Source of the DNA: a virus
Length of the DNA: 64,000 nucleotides
Direction: 5' to 3' (one strand)
Virus record (IMG/VR): IMGVR_UViG_3300025120_000017
Location: 64,001-128,000 of that record
The position numbers were made by a program, and so were the translations under genes. The notes below the pieces were generated by a model. It was not told where the DNA came from. It did no database searches and saw only the letters and a program-made list of their open reading frames with translations. Positions 9,413-19,600 of the stretch are shown piece after piece. Numbering within the stretch: position 1 is the first letter of the stretch; each line of letters opens with the position of its first letter.

Positions 9413-9638
9413 TTCTTTTTATTAATTGAATAACAGTTATCTTATTTTTGTTTAAAATTAAAAAAATTAGAGTATTCTTAAACAAATATCTGGATTGTGT
9501 ATTTAATATATTGTAAAATCTCTAAGGAAGTTGAGACTCTGATTCTTTTAGAGTAACTATAAGGAGTTAATATTCTGAAACTATAAAGAGAAGAAATAGA
9601 ATATAAAAAGTATACATATAATAACTAAATGCATCTTA

Positions 9639-10115
9639 ATGAAAAGTAGAATAATAATAGTAGGAGCAGGTGGATCTGGTAAAGACCATTTAAGACAAAG
9701 ATTTATTGATAGAGGATATAAACCTAGTATAAGTTATACCACAAGACCTCCTAGAGATGGAGAAATTGAAGGGGTAGATTATTATTTCATTAATGAAGGC
9801 GCTTTTAAGTATGCGATAAAGCAAGGTGAGTTTTTTGAGTTTAGAGAATTTAACAGCTGGTATTATGGAACAAGTAATGTTGCTTTTAAATCTGCTAACT
9901 TATTTATAATGACTCCGCCTTCAATACATAAATTATCTAAAGAGATTAGAGAAACTTCTTTTATAATTTATTTAGATATACCAGAACATATTCGCATAAA
10001 GCGTCTTTCTGATAGAAAAGATGCAGATAGTGTTAAAAGAAGAGTAATTGCAGATAAAGAAATGTTTGATTGGTTTGTGGATTATGATCTTAGAATATCT
10101 GATCCTAACTTTTGA
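9639..10115 (+). CDS. gmk: Guanylate kinase-like nucleotide monophosphate kinase
   Basis: GAGGSGKD P-loop, SYTTRPPRDGEIEGVDYYF, WYYGT; the only credible plus-strand gene in the window. Confidence 0.85.
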   Translation: MKSRIIIVGAGGSGKDHLRQRFIDRGYKPSISYTTRPPRDGEIEGVDYYFINEGAFKYAIKQGEFFEFREFNSWYYGTSNVAFKSANLFIMTPPSIHKLSKEIRETSFIIYLDIPEHIRIKRLSDRKDADSVKRRVIADKEMFDWFVDYDLRISDPNF

Positions 10116-10195
10116 TTAAATAAACTACCTTCCTTATACAGCGAGGTTGCTAAATATTAAATTGTAACATTCTCTAAGCAACCTCCTGTACTTTC

Positions 10196-10702
10196 TTAAT
10201 ATCTTGTTATCTTTTTTATTGCTCGTTTGTCCCAAATACAACCTGATGAAACATCCCAAGGTCTAATCCAACTTCCTATAGGTCCCCACGGGTGTTTAAT
10301 TTCTATTCCTTGCCATCCATCTTTTTCAACATCTTCCCATTTTATACCACTAACAGTATCTGGAAATCCTATTAAACCATATTTTGCCTCAAAGTCTTTT
10401 TGAGACATGTCTTTACCTAATCTTAATACGTTTTTATAGTTTATCTCTATTTTATGAAGGTTTCCTGCTTCCCAATCTGGCATATTTTGTCTAACCCAAT
10501 CAATCCACTCAGTTCCAAATGAATACCATAAACCGCTAGGCTTAAAGTTCATATAGCTTTTAGCAGGAGTGTTTTTTTGTTTTGTGTTTCGAGTTTTTAT
10601 AGTATAATCAGATGACATTATAACTTTATCACTTGATTTTATTTTAGCATAATCTTCATCTACTATAATTTTATTTTCAAAAAACTTATCTAACCTTTTC
10701 AT
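10196..10702 (-). CDS. ADP-ribosyltransferase-fold-like protein with capsid-targeting-like leader
   Basis: Start reassigned to the ATG at 10702 (MKRLDKFFEN), just after the upstream stop; motifs KPSGLWYS, GWQGIEI, WDVSSGCIWD resemble phage ART-fold families. Confidence 0.45.
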   Translation of the reverse strand: MKRLDKFFENKIIVDEDYAKIKSSDKVIMSSDYTIKTRNTKQKNTPAKSYMNFKPSGLWYSFGTEWIDWVRQNMPDWEAGNLHKIEINYKNVLRLGKDMSQKDFEAKYGLIGFPDTVSGIKWEDVEKDGWQGIEIKHPWGPIGSWIRPWDVSSGCIWDKRAIKKITRY

Positions 10703-10703
10703 T

Positions 10704-11210
10704 TTATTTCTTAAATTGAGGCTCAATTCCAAATTGCTCAAAAAGCCTTTCAAGCGGTTTGGTAAAATTTCCTCTTTTGTTTTTATATTCAGGTATTTTC
10801 TTTTTGCCGTTAACTGCTTTAACTAATTTATTATAAGAACTCTTCATTAGTATAGGCCTTCTTGGTTTTTCAGTAGGGTGAATCCATAATTCACCTTCTT
10901 GTATTTTATTATGTTCTAAATAATTTGCAAGATTTCTTAAAAAACTTATTATATCAATATGCTTAGACAACCCTAACCTATTAAATGAATTAGTTATTTT
11001 ACCTTCAAGTGCATTTGCTTGAAATTGTATTGCTCCTCTACATAAACCTTTTCCAGTTTCATCAGGAAGCTCTGCAACTAATTTATGCTGATGGTCTAAT
11101 ACAATTTCTTCAGGTGGATATTTATTACCTAATAAAGGACATATGCCTTTTTGCTCAGCATGCCATTTTTCTTTAAGTGCTTTTATATCTTTGCTTTCTA
11201 ATTGCTTCAT
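10704..11210 (-). CDS. Recombination endonuclease VII-like resolvase (T4 gp49-like)
   Basis: QKGICPL, VLDHQH, RGAI..ANALEGKI, FLRNLANYL, IHP. Confidence 0.85.
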   Translation of the reverse strand: MKQLESKDIKALKEKWHAEQKGICPLLGNKYPPEEIVLDHQHKLVAELPDETGKGLCRGAIQFQANALEGKITNSFNRLGLSKHIDIISFLRNLANYLEHNKIQEGELWIHPTEKPRRPILMKSSYNKLVKAVNGKKKIPEYKNKRGNFTKPLERLFEQFGIEPQFKK

Positions 11211-11506
11211 TTATTTGTAGGTAAAAGTTTCCAAACATATATTGAATCTGAATGTGTTAAAAACTTTCCACCATCTTCAGTTTCTTCTAATATCTCTTTA
11301 ACTATATTAGTGCTTAATTTTCCACATATAAACCTGAAATTTACAGTAGGCTTAAATGGAATAGGGCCTCTAAATGCATCGTTATTTTCAATATTAGGAG
11401 TGTGTCCTTTTTCTCTATAGCAATAACCTAAAGCATCTGGGCTTAATAAATCAAGCTTGTTTAATATTTCCATATTAATATGAGTTTGCTTTATCTTCAT
11501 CCCCAA
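11207..11506 (-). CDS. Hypothetical protein
   Basis: Tightly packed ORF; no motif recognised. Confidence 0.5.
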   Translation of the reverse strand: MGMKIKQTHINMEILNKLDLLSPDALGYCYREKGHTPNIENNDAFRGPIPFKPTVNFRFICGKLSTNIVKEILEETEDGGKFLTHSDSIYVWKLLPTNK

Positions 11507-11751
11507 TCGCTATCAGCTTGATTATTATTTATCTCATCTTCTGCTATTTTCTTAATAAGCATTTCAAACTTAACAGATGTTGTTCCACTATAAATATTTT
11601 CCATTTCATCCATTTTTCTAGCAGCATCTAAAAAAGCTTCTAAATTAACTCCATTTCCACCTTTTTTATTTATAATTTGCATTTGCTTTAAAACAAGCTT
11701 TTCCATATCATTGCTTGTGTTCCTATGATTCATTTCTTGTATAGTTTTCAT
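11497..11751 (-). CDS. Hypothetical protein
   Basis: Start overlaps the upstream TGA stop (TGATG). Confidence 0.55.
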   Translation of the reverse strand: MKTIQEMNHRNTSNDMEKLVLKQMQIINKKGGNGVNLEAFLDAARKMDEMENIYSGTTSVKFEMLIKKIAEDEINNNQADSDWG

Positions 11752-12329
11752 CAGTATGTAATATCTTTTTTATCTTGTGCTATAATTGATTTTATTTCCT
11801 TCACAAGCTTTGCAGTTGTTTTAGGATACCTATTTGTTCCAAAGTTATTGTAGAAACTTATAAAGCCATCTTCAGCTATGTCAATAAATAAAGTATCTTT
11901 TGCATTAACAAAGCCTTTCTTAGTAACACAGTCATATTCAAAAAATACATCATATTCACCATCAGCGTTATTAACGCCAATATCATATGTTGCTTTAGGG
12001 CCATTAGGAAACTTGCTTGTTAAAAACGCCGCAACTGATTCAGGCGTTATAGGTGCTTTAGCTTCTAAAATATTTCCATCTTTATCAAAGAAATCATCTG
12101 GGTCTAAATGATAATATCCCATTATGTCACTCACAATATCTTGATGGTCTGAATTATCCATATCATATTCCTTCTTAATGAACGCTTTAATTTTATCATC
12201 AGAAGGTTGACCTTTTCCTAAAACTTTTTTAATCTTAGCGATAGAATTATATTTATGATCTCTGTCGCTATCTTCACTTAAATGTGAATACTTCTTAGCT
12301 TCGTTTAAAAATTCGTTTAAGCTTTTCAT
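11751..12329 (-). CDS. Two-module internal-head-like protein
   Basis: Leader MKSLNEFLNE|AK and internal NILE|AK junction. Confidence 0.65.
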   Translation of the reverse strand: MKSLNEFLNEAKKYSHLSEDSDRDHKYNSIAKIKKVLGKGQPSDDKIKAFIKKEYDMDNSDHQDIVSDIMGYYHLDPDDFFDKDGNILEAKAPITPESVAAFLTSKFPNGPKATYDIGVNNADGEYDVFFEYDCVTKKGFVNAKDTLFIDIAEDGFISFYNNFGTNRYPKTTAKLVKEIKSIIAQDKKDITY

Positions 12330-12330
12330 T

Positions 12331-12984
12331 TTAAAATTTTAATTTCTTTCCTAGTGCTGCACCTATTGCAGTACCTACAAGTCTACTTGTGAGTACATTA
12401 TATAAAGGCGAGTTATCTTTAATGCCTAAAGTGTTTGCTAATAATTTACCTATAGATTTACCGAAAGCTAAACCTCCGATACCTCCTAGTATAGAACCAA
12501 ATATTCCTTCATTAAGTAATTCGATTTGTGATTCATTAACGCTTTCAGGATTCATAAATATATCAATAATAGCAGATGCCTGTTCTTTAGTTAATTCCAT
12601 TTCAACATCTTCCTCATCTTCATCTTCTTCCATATCAGCTAAAATGTCACTAAACTTTCTAACCTTCACGGTCCCAGTAGGTATATCACCACTTCCCAAT
12701 GAATTACCATTAGGTAATGAAACTCCACCCATTCCGTTTACATTTGCTCCGGTTGCTGCTCCAAGATCTTCTCCAACTGCATCAGCATTTGTTTCATATA
12801 TTTCAATAGAGTTATTTTCCAGTTCATCTAAAAATCCAACTATAGAATCTTCATTATTTGATTCATAATAATTAGTTGATGTCATTGCTATTCCTTGCTT
12901 TGACCATGTACCATCTTTATATATTTCTTGAGCTTCCCTAGCGTCTCTTACTGCTACTTCTATGTAATATTTGTACTTGCTCAT
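12331..12984 (-). CDS. Modular protein ending in a glycine-rich amphipathic segment
   Basis: Start reassigned to MSKYKYY at 12984 because the 14-mer promoter motif covers the longer start; contains ESVNE|S and LLNE|GIFGSILGGIGG... Confidence 0.6.
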   Translation of the reverse strand: MSKYKYYIEVAVRDAREAQEIYKDGTWSKQGIAMTSTNYYESNNEDSIVGFLDELENNSIEIYETNADAVGEDLGAATGANVNGMGGVSLPNGNSLGSGDIPTGTVKVRKFSDILADMEEDEDEEDVEMELTKEQASAIIDIFMNPESVNESQIELLNEGIFGSILGGIGGLAFGKSIGKLLANTLGIKDNSPLYNVLTSRLVGTAIGAALGKKLKF

Positions 12985-12997
12985 TTTTAAGTTATTC

Positions 12998-13011
12998 TTT
13001 TTATATTTAAT
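12998..13011 (-). promoter_or_regulatory. Candidate late promoter ATTAAATATAAAAA
   Basis: Exact copy of the 14-mer. Confidence 0.65.
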
Positions 13012-13574
13012 CAACCTTTCATAAACTTCATTTCAGTAGTAGTGTAATTAAACGTTACATCAAATGTATCAAAACCTGCAATATTTTCACTATAACTTAT
13101 TTGAAATTCACTTATGGCACTAAATATGCAATCTTTAAATACTCTACTAAACATTATAGTTCCATCATTATCTAATATATGTACTGGTAAATCAAACATA
13201 TATGCCTTAGGATTACTAAAGTCATATTTCTCATGAAATGCATCTAACATTATCCAATAATTAACATATCCATTTATCATTTTAAATGTTATAGTTAATG
13301 ACTTATCACTTAAATCTTGTGGATTTATACTTGCTCTATTTTGTCTAGTTATTGCAGTAGGCGTATACTTATCTTTGTAAAAAGGTTCAGGGACATCGTA
13401 CCCAAATGTAGGTATAGTGATTGCTTGCACGGTTCCTTTAACAAGTTCTATTGGGCTATCAATATATGATGGCATTCTTTTTACATATGGTCTATAAAAA
13501 GCATCAATTTCTGTGGATATGAAATCTTTAGGAAACCCTACATAAAATAAATCTTTTCTACTTAAATCACTCAT
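13011..13574 (-). CDS. Tail tube terminator / tail completion protein (T4 gp3-like)
   Basis: VQAITIP...LTITF...NYW...VHILDN...FKDCIFSAISEFQISY parallels the gp3/gp19 fold pattern. Confidence 0.6.
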   Translation of the reverse strand: MSDLSRKDLFYVGFPKDFISTEIDAFYRPYVKRMPSYIDSPIELVKGTVQAITIPTFGYDVPEPFYKDKYTPTAITRQNRASINPQDLSDKSLTITFKMINGYVNYWIMLDAFHEKYDFSNPKAYMFDLPVHILDNDGTIMFSRVFKDCIFSAISEFQISYSENIAGFDTFDVTFNYTTTEMKFMKG

Positions 13575-13580
13575 TTATTA

Positions 13581-15863
13581 TTAGCTTGTTTGTCCTCTAT
13601 TTGTTGGTCCAAATGTATTAAAATTACTTCCTCTTACTTGGGAAGATAGTCTATTAATTTCTTTATCACTTGCAGTGTTTCCTAAGGTTTGTCTTTCTGC
13701 GCTCATTCCCATTGATACTTTCCTAGCAATTTCTCTTTCTATGCTTTCTTGATATGTAAGAGCATCAGCGTTTAAAGTCTTTATAGTGGTTTGCTGTTGT
13801 GCAATAACAAGAGACTGATCTGAATTAATTTCACTTAATTCTTTTATCTTATCATTAAGATTTTTAAGAGCATCTTTTACATCATCGGTAGTTTTTGTTT
13901 GACTGTCAATAAACCTACCCGAATATAATAAAGTTTCTGGTGAATTTTTACCTACTTTAGTAGTAATAAAGAAATTAGAATTAACAGCTCCTGCTATTTG
14001 TTGATATATTTCTTTAGTAATTCTAAAAAGTATTTGGCCTTTTTCTCTTTTTACGCTCTCATTATTTTCTTGAGTAAGTTTAAGTACTTCCCCATTACTT
14101 GGCGTAAAGTTTAAATATATTTCACCTATTTTAGTTAAATCAAAACTCACTGCTTCATCTTCTATTACATCAAAAATGTTAAAAAGTATATAATTATCAA
14201 ATGGGCTTACGGAGATAGATCCTAGATTTTGTCCAAATATGTTTTTAGTACCACTTGAAGATTTATCTACTATTTTATTATCTGAATTTATAATAACAGT
14301 ACTTGCTGATATATTTACATTTTTAGTTTCTTTAAACGAAGTAATATTTTTACTATAAAGATCAGTGTTATTTATATTTGTATCTTCTGATGAATTATTA
14401 GTGTCTCCAAGTAAATTAATAACTTTTTTATTATAAACATCAAATGATTGTATATTACTTTTAAGATTTATCTTAATAAGTTCTTGTCCATATTTAGCAG
14501 GGTTAAAACTTAAATAAGTACCTCTTTTTTCAGATATGCTATTAGTATTTACATTTAATATCTTAAGAGTGTACTCAATTTTAAAACTTAATGCGCTTCC
14601 TCCATATTTTAAAACTGGTCTAAACTCATTAGGATCTGAATAATTACTATCTTGAATGTATGATAGTTCAGAGGTTCTTATAAATGAGCTTATGTCATCA
14701 AATTCTGTCCCGTCACTTGCAACAACTTTTATTTTAACAGATCCTACTATTGTTGGATCATATATAAGTAAATCACCCTTATTCATACTAAGATTCAGAG
14801 TAGTGTCAAGACCTGTTTCAAGAGCAACCCAATAAGAACCTGCATCTAAATTATTTAAAAATGTATTATTTGATAAGTTTGGAGTACCTGTGCTAATTCT
14901 ATAAGAACCTATAAACTCATAACTACTAATTGTGTTAGGTAATTGCTCAGAAACAACTAATTCGTGTAATGCAATATATGAACTTCCTGCATTATTTAAT
15001 GTTGTCATATAATCTCCAAATATTACACTATTGAATGTACCATAAAACTCGATATAATCACCATTTGTGCTATCATTTATGTATACACCCACATCATTAA
15101 ACTCATCACTAGATGATATGCTAGATATCTCTGCATCTGTTATATGAGTGTATATTTGATTAGATTTCTTCTCAAACTTTGAAAACATACCTGCCTGTAT
15201 TTCAATATTAGCAGTATCATAAAACCCTTGCCCATTAGTTATCTTATATGCAAGAATGTCTGCATTAGCAGATTGTTGAAATTGTGTTTTATATGAATCT
15301 TTTAAATATCTTAATGCAGGAACTTTATATTCAATATATGTTGAGTATTGTCTACCTCCATATAAAAATGGATTACCATTAAGCGTAATCCAATTATCCT
15401 CAAATGTAAAAATACCATTAAGTAAGTTTACTTTAACATTTTTTTTATCATTTACTGATACTCTTATGCTTGCTCCATCATTTTCATTAAATGAAAAACC
15501 TTGAATAAAATGTAATCTAACAGTATCATAAATAACACCTTCAGACGCTGACCATGATAATGGTAAACTGGCAGTATTAGTTAGTTTAGCATCAGCATCA
15601 TTATATGGAGATCCTAGCTTATTTGTTGTTAATAGAGCATAATTAATATTCTTATCATCAATGTTAACAACTGATCTGTTTCTAGTGTTTGCTGTGAAAG
15701 CTTCTGTGCCATCGGTATTCATTACTTGTCTCTGCGAATTATGCGCATTTTCCATTAAATAAAAACCTGCATCTGTTGTATTAATAGCATCAGGTGATGA
15801 AGCATCATAGTATATGTATTCAACTAATATATTATTTGAAGAAAGATTTAAGAATAAACTCAT
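13581..15863 (-). CDS. Large hypothetical virion structural protein
   Basis: Beta-rich, C-terminal coiled coil, within the structural operon. Confidence 0.5.
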   Translation of the reverse strand: MSLFLNLSSNNILVEYIYYDASSPDAINTTDAGFYLMENAHNSQRQVMNTDGTEAFTANTRNRSVVNIDDKNINYALLTTNKLGSPYNDADAKLTNTASLPLSWSASEGVIYDTVRLHFIQGFSFNENDGASIRVSVNDKKNVKVNLLNGIFTFEDNWITLNGNPFLYGGRQYSTYIEYKVPALRYLKDSYKTQFQQSANADILAYKITNGQGFYDTANIEIQAGMFSKFEKKSNQIYTHITDAEISSISSSDEFNDVGVYINDSTNGDYIEFYGTFNSVIFGDYMTTLNNAGSSYIALHELVVSEQLPNTISSYEFIGSYRISTGTPNLSNNTFLNNLDAGSYWVALETGLDTTLNLSMNKGDLLIYDPTIVGSVKIKVVASDGTEFDDISSFIRTSELSYIQDSNYSDPNEFRPVLKYGGSALSFKIEYTLKILNVNTNSISEKRGTYLSFNPAKYGQELIKINLKSNIQSFDVYNKKVINLLGDTNNSSEDTNINNTDLYSKNITSFKETKNVNISASTVIINSDNKIVDKSSSGTKNIFGQNLGSISVSPFDNYILFNIFDVIEDEAVSFDLTKIGEIYLNFTPSNGEVLKLTQENNESVKREKGQILFRITKEIYQQIAGAVNSNFFITTKVGKNSPETLLYSGRFIDSQTKTTDDVKDALKNLNDKIKELSEINSDQSLVIAQQQTTIKTLNADALTYQESIEREIARKVSMGMSAERQTLGNTASDKEINRLSSQVRGSNFNTFGPTNRGQTS

Positions 15864-16616
15864 TTAAAATTGTATTATTTTATACGAAAGCCCTATACCT
15901 ATTTGAGGTACTATAGTAAAATTTGTACCAAGCCCTATTCCAAAATATGGGCCCACATTGAACCTTTTGTTATTTAATTTCTTTAAAGATGGAAGTATCT
16001 TTGGATCTAACACAACTGGTGTTATAGATTCAGCATTAAATCCTGGATGTTTACTTGTTACACTAACAATTAAATCATTACCATCCTCACTTAAAACTAT
16101 TTCTGCATCAAATATAAGCTCATCTCTATCAATAGTAAACTCACCTACATTTATTGCACTGTCTGCAGTAACAATAATTAACTTACCTGCAAGATGCCTT
16201 TCATTCCCTGGATTATAAATAGTGTCTTTACTGAACGGGACTTTAAATGTTGAGTCATTTATTTTAAATACGGTTGAATTAACTGTGACAGTATCATGAA
16301 TAACCTTAACGCCTGCATTTACATATACAACTGGCTTAGACTTAAGTTCTTTAGATAAATTATTAACTTTTTTATATAAAGATTTATTATAAACTTTAAG
16401 ATCTTTAAGTTCTGATACCATGCTCTTTTTTTGACTAACTAATTGGCCGTTTTTTAATACAGTTGTTTTAATAGTATCTTGCATAGCTTCAATATTATTA
16501 TTCTTTAAAATAAGGTCAGCTTGCACAGATTTCTTAGAGTCATGCGAACACTTTAATAGGAATAGTAAACATAATACTATTCCTATATATACTATATCTC
16601 TTTTTTTAAGTTTCAT
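15864..16616 (-). CDS. Membrane-anchored coiled-coil protein with C-terminal beta-hairpin (spanin-like candidate)
   Basis: N-terminal hydrophobic segment IVYIGIVLCLLFLLKC; C-terminus FNVGPYFGIGL...PQIGIGLSYKIIQF. Confidence 0.5.
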   Translation of the reverse strand: MKLKKRDIVYIGIVLCLLFLLKCSHDSKKSVQADLILKNNNIEAMQDTIKTTVLKNGQLVSQKKSMVSELKDLKVYNKSLYKKVNNLSKELKSKPVVYVNAGVKVIHDTVTVNSTVFKINDSTFKVPFSKDTIYNPGNERHLAGKLIIVTADSAINVGEFTIDRDELIFDAEIVLSEDGNDLIVSVTSKHPGFNAESITPVVLDPKILPSLKKLNNKRFNVGPYFGIGLGTNFTIVPQIGIGLSYKIIQF

Positions 16617-19600
16617 TAAACAAGTGGTATTGGTTCTGTGTATACATTTGCATAAATATCTTCTAAATTAGTTTCACCGCTATTACTAGAAGTGTAAGGA
16701 TCAATAGTTCTATATAATGTGTTTGGGTGCATAGTTCCTTCATTTCTATAAGTTACCTCAAATTCAGCAAATGCTTCTTGTCCTAATTGAGGAGTTATGA
16801 ACTTTTCAACTCCGGTTGAAGTTTCATATATATGTAGTTGCTGTCCTCCTCGACCTTTTGCAGATATAATATTACCAAAGTCAGTTGAGCCATCTAATAC
16901 AGTTGAAGCATTTGCATACCATGATAAATCAGCATTTACACCACCAGGAGTATCAAAATTCTTAAATCCTGAAAATGGAACGCCTGTTATAAAATCAAAA
17001 TCATTTATTACAGTATTTCCTCGATTAGGATTTTTAAGTCCATTAAGGTTAATTATAAAATATGTTCCTTTATAAACAGGGTCATAAAATTTCTGAGTTC
17101 TTTGTCTGAATTGTGAAACTATTGTATCATTTTTCCAGTTAGAGTTATCATATGTCTCCCAATCATAGGTCATATAGTATGCATTAGGTTCATCAGATGC
17201 TCTTTCTAGCTTTCTATCATTATAGACATTCCTTTCATTCTTTGTCACGCCTCCAGTAGTACGTCGGATAGCAATCACGCCGCTAGGAATTTGCGGCACA
17301 TCACCGAGAGGTCTTATAACATTTATACTTGATGAACCTGATGCATATTGTACTGTCTGGTGAAGTCCATCAAAATGTGTATGAAATGGTAGATTTTCAT
17401 TTCTTAAATATGGAAAACCTCCTTTAACAAACCCAGACTTTAATGGCCGATATGCATTTATGATATATTCTCCGCTATTATTAAGTCTATAATTATCTGG
17501 TGTAGGAACCCCAGTTCCATCATTATATGTAATTCTGGTATTTAGCGCTATTGTATCACTATTAGGAAATATTTGTTTAGGAAATCTACCAAAATAATTT
17601 GGTAAAACTACCCTAAATTTACTATCAAACCCTCTAGGTGCAAGCATTGATAGGCCATCATTTCCATATAAATCATTTATACTAGTCACAGAGTTTTTTA
17701 TAGCATTTTTTAAACCTACTGGTGTAGTTATATTAAATGTATTTCCTGTTGTTGCTCTTACAAGATATGTACTATTTAATGCATTATAATCAAACGCTGG
17801 ATTATCTTGTAATCCTGGCAGAGGTTTATCAGATCCATACCCGTGTATACCTTCTATAGTACTAAAGGCTCCTCTTAAATATACATCTCTTGTGTCTGCT
17901 AGCACAGCTCCATTACATACATAATAACCTTTAAACTCACCAGACCCTTTTCCTGGGAATGCCATTGACCACTGATTATATGTAGCTGTACCCCCAGCCC
18001 CATTTGGTTCACTTCCTTGATTCCATGAATATCTACCAATCTCATTACCCGTGCCAGATGCTGTTTGCCCATAGAGTCCTCGAGTTCTTGTAAAGAAATT
18101 AAAACTAGACATTTTAATTTCACCAACCATTATTATTGAGCCTGTTGGTAAACCTACTTTTTGAGGTGATTCCCATTTTACTATACCATGTCCACCATTA
18201 ACTGCAACATACCCTTCTTTATTTTCTGCTAATCCATACTCTCTTATACGAACGGTTCCATATAAATCTAAGGATCCTGTTGGCATTTTTTTATGACCTT
18301 CATCTAAATATAATTCAATGTTCTTATCTTTATTAACATCTGACGGATCAATGTTTCCAGCAGCATCTTTCTGCTGATTAAAGAACCCTGGAAAAATACC
18401 TAAACGAGTTAATGATTTATCTTTACCAACAAACCCATCTGCTATATTATATCCTAATGAATTAAAATCTAATCCATCTTCAGGTAGAAAATTATATGCG
18501 CTTGCGGTTGATCCATATGCCATAGGATTGGATCCACTAGGTATTCTGAAATTCATTGCGCTATATCCCATTATAGGAGTATCATAGCCTTGACCTAAGT
18601 AAAATACATTAGATGTTGAAGTTTGATTTCCTTTTCTTGCTTCTATTCTAGTTTGTCCTATTCTTAGCTGAGTATCTCTATAATTATTTGCATTTCTATA
18701 ATCATATGTTTTGGAAAGAATCTGTCTTCTTTTCTTATATGTTCCTTGTGTACTCCATGTATTTGCAGCCTCTTCCTCTACAACATCATTAACAATAATA
18801 AGTTCATTTGCATTCTTATCAAATGAAGAATTAGCATTTCTACCAATTACAGTTGAGTTAATATTATCTATATAACTTGCAGCTTTTGTTTTTGCCACAG
18901 TGCTTGATAGCGATATGCCACCATATCTTGTTATAAATTGACTAGTTGTACTAGAAAAATAAGTGTCTGCTGGATTATCACTACCTATTATTGCAAAACT
19001 ATCTTTTATATTATATTCTGTATATGTATCTGTGTTAAAGAAGTTAGACCAATCTGTTATTTTACTAATTGTCTTAATCTCTGCTCTTGAATATCCTGCA
19101 CTTAATCTAAATGTATTTGCACCTGTGCTTCTAAGATTAATACTTCCTACTGATGTTATACCAAAGTCAAAATTTCTATTTAATACTGCAAGCTTAGTAA
19201 ATGAGTCATATACACCGTAATTACTTACGCCTTTATATAATGCATCATAATCAGGATGTGTTTTATTAAGACCTATTGCAATACCATTAGTATATTCGCT
19301 ATTAGGATCTTTACCATTAGTAGCTAACGTGGGAAATGGATCTTTATAGTCATTTTGTCCTATTATTAACATAGGTACATCGCTTTCCTCTGTTGGAAAA
19401 TTAGAAAAATGTGGTTCAAATGTTCCATTATCTTTAAACATTGAAAGATATCTTGCAAGAACTAGTGAATTATTACCTAATCCTAGTGCAGCAAAATCTA
19501 AACCTTTATCAATATATCCGCTAGTTCCAGCACTATCATCCTCATCATTAATACTAGCTGCATTAATTAAATGATCATTTAAGGTTTTATAACTTCCGCC

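Noticed and set aside
10703-10753. Track start at 10753 for the ART-like gene (likewise 13014 for the 12331 gene)
   Set aside because: The extensions overlap the upstream gene or the promoter motif; downstream ATGs at 10702 and 12984 fit better.
11497-11751. MKTIQEM N-terminus as another capsid-targeting leader
   Set aside because: Lacks the F-x-x-E part and any linker; too weak to include.
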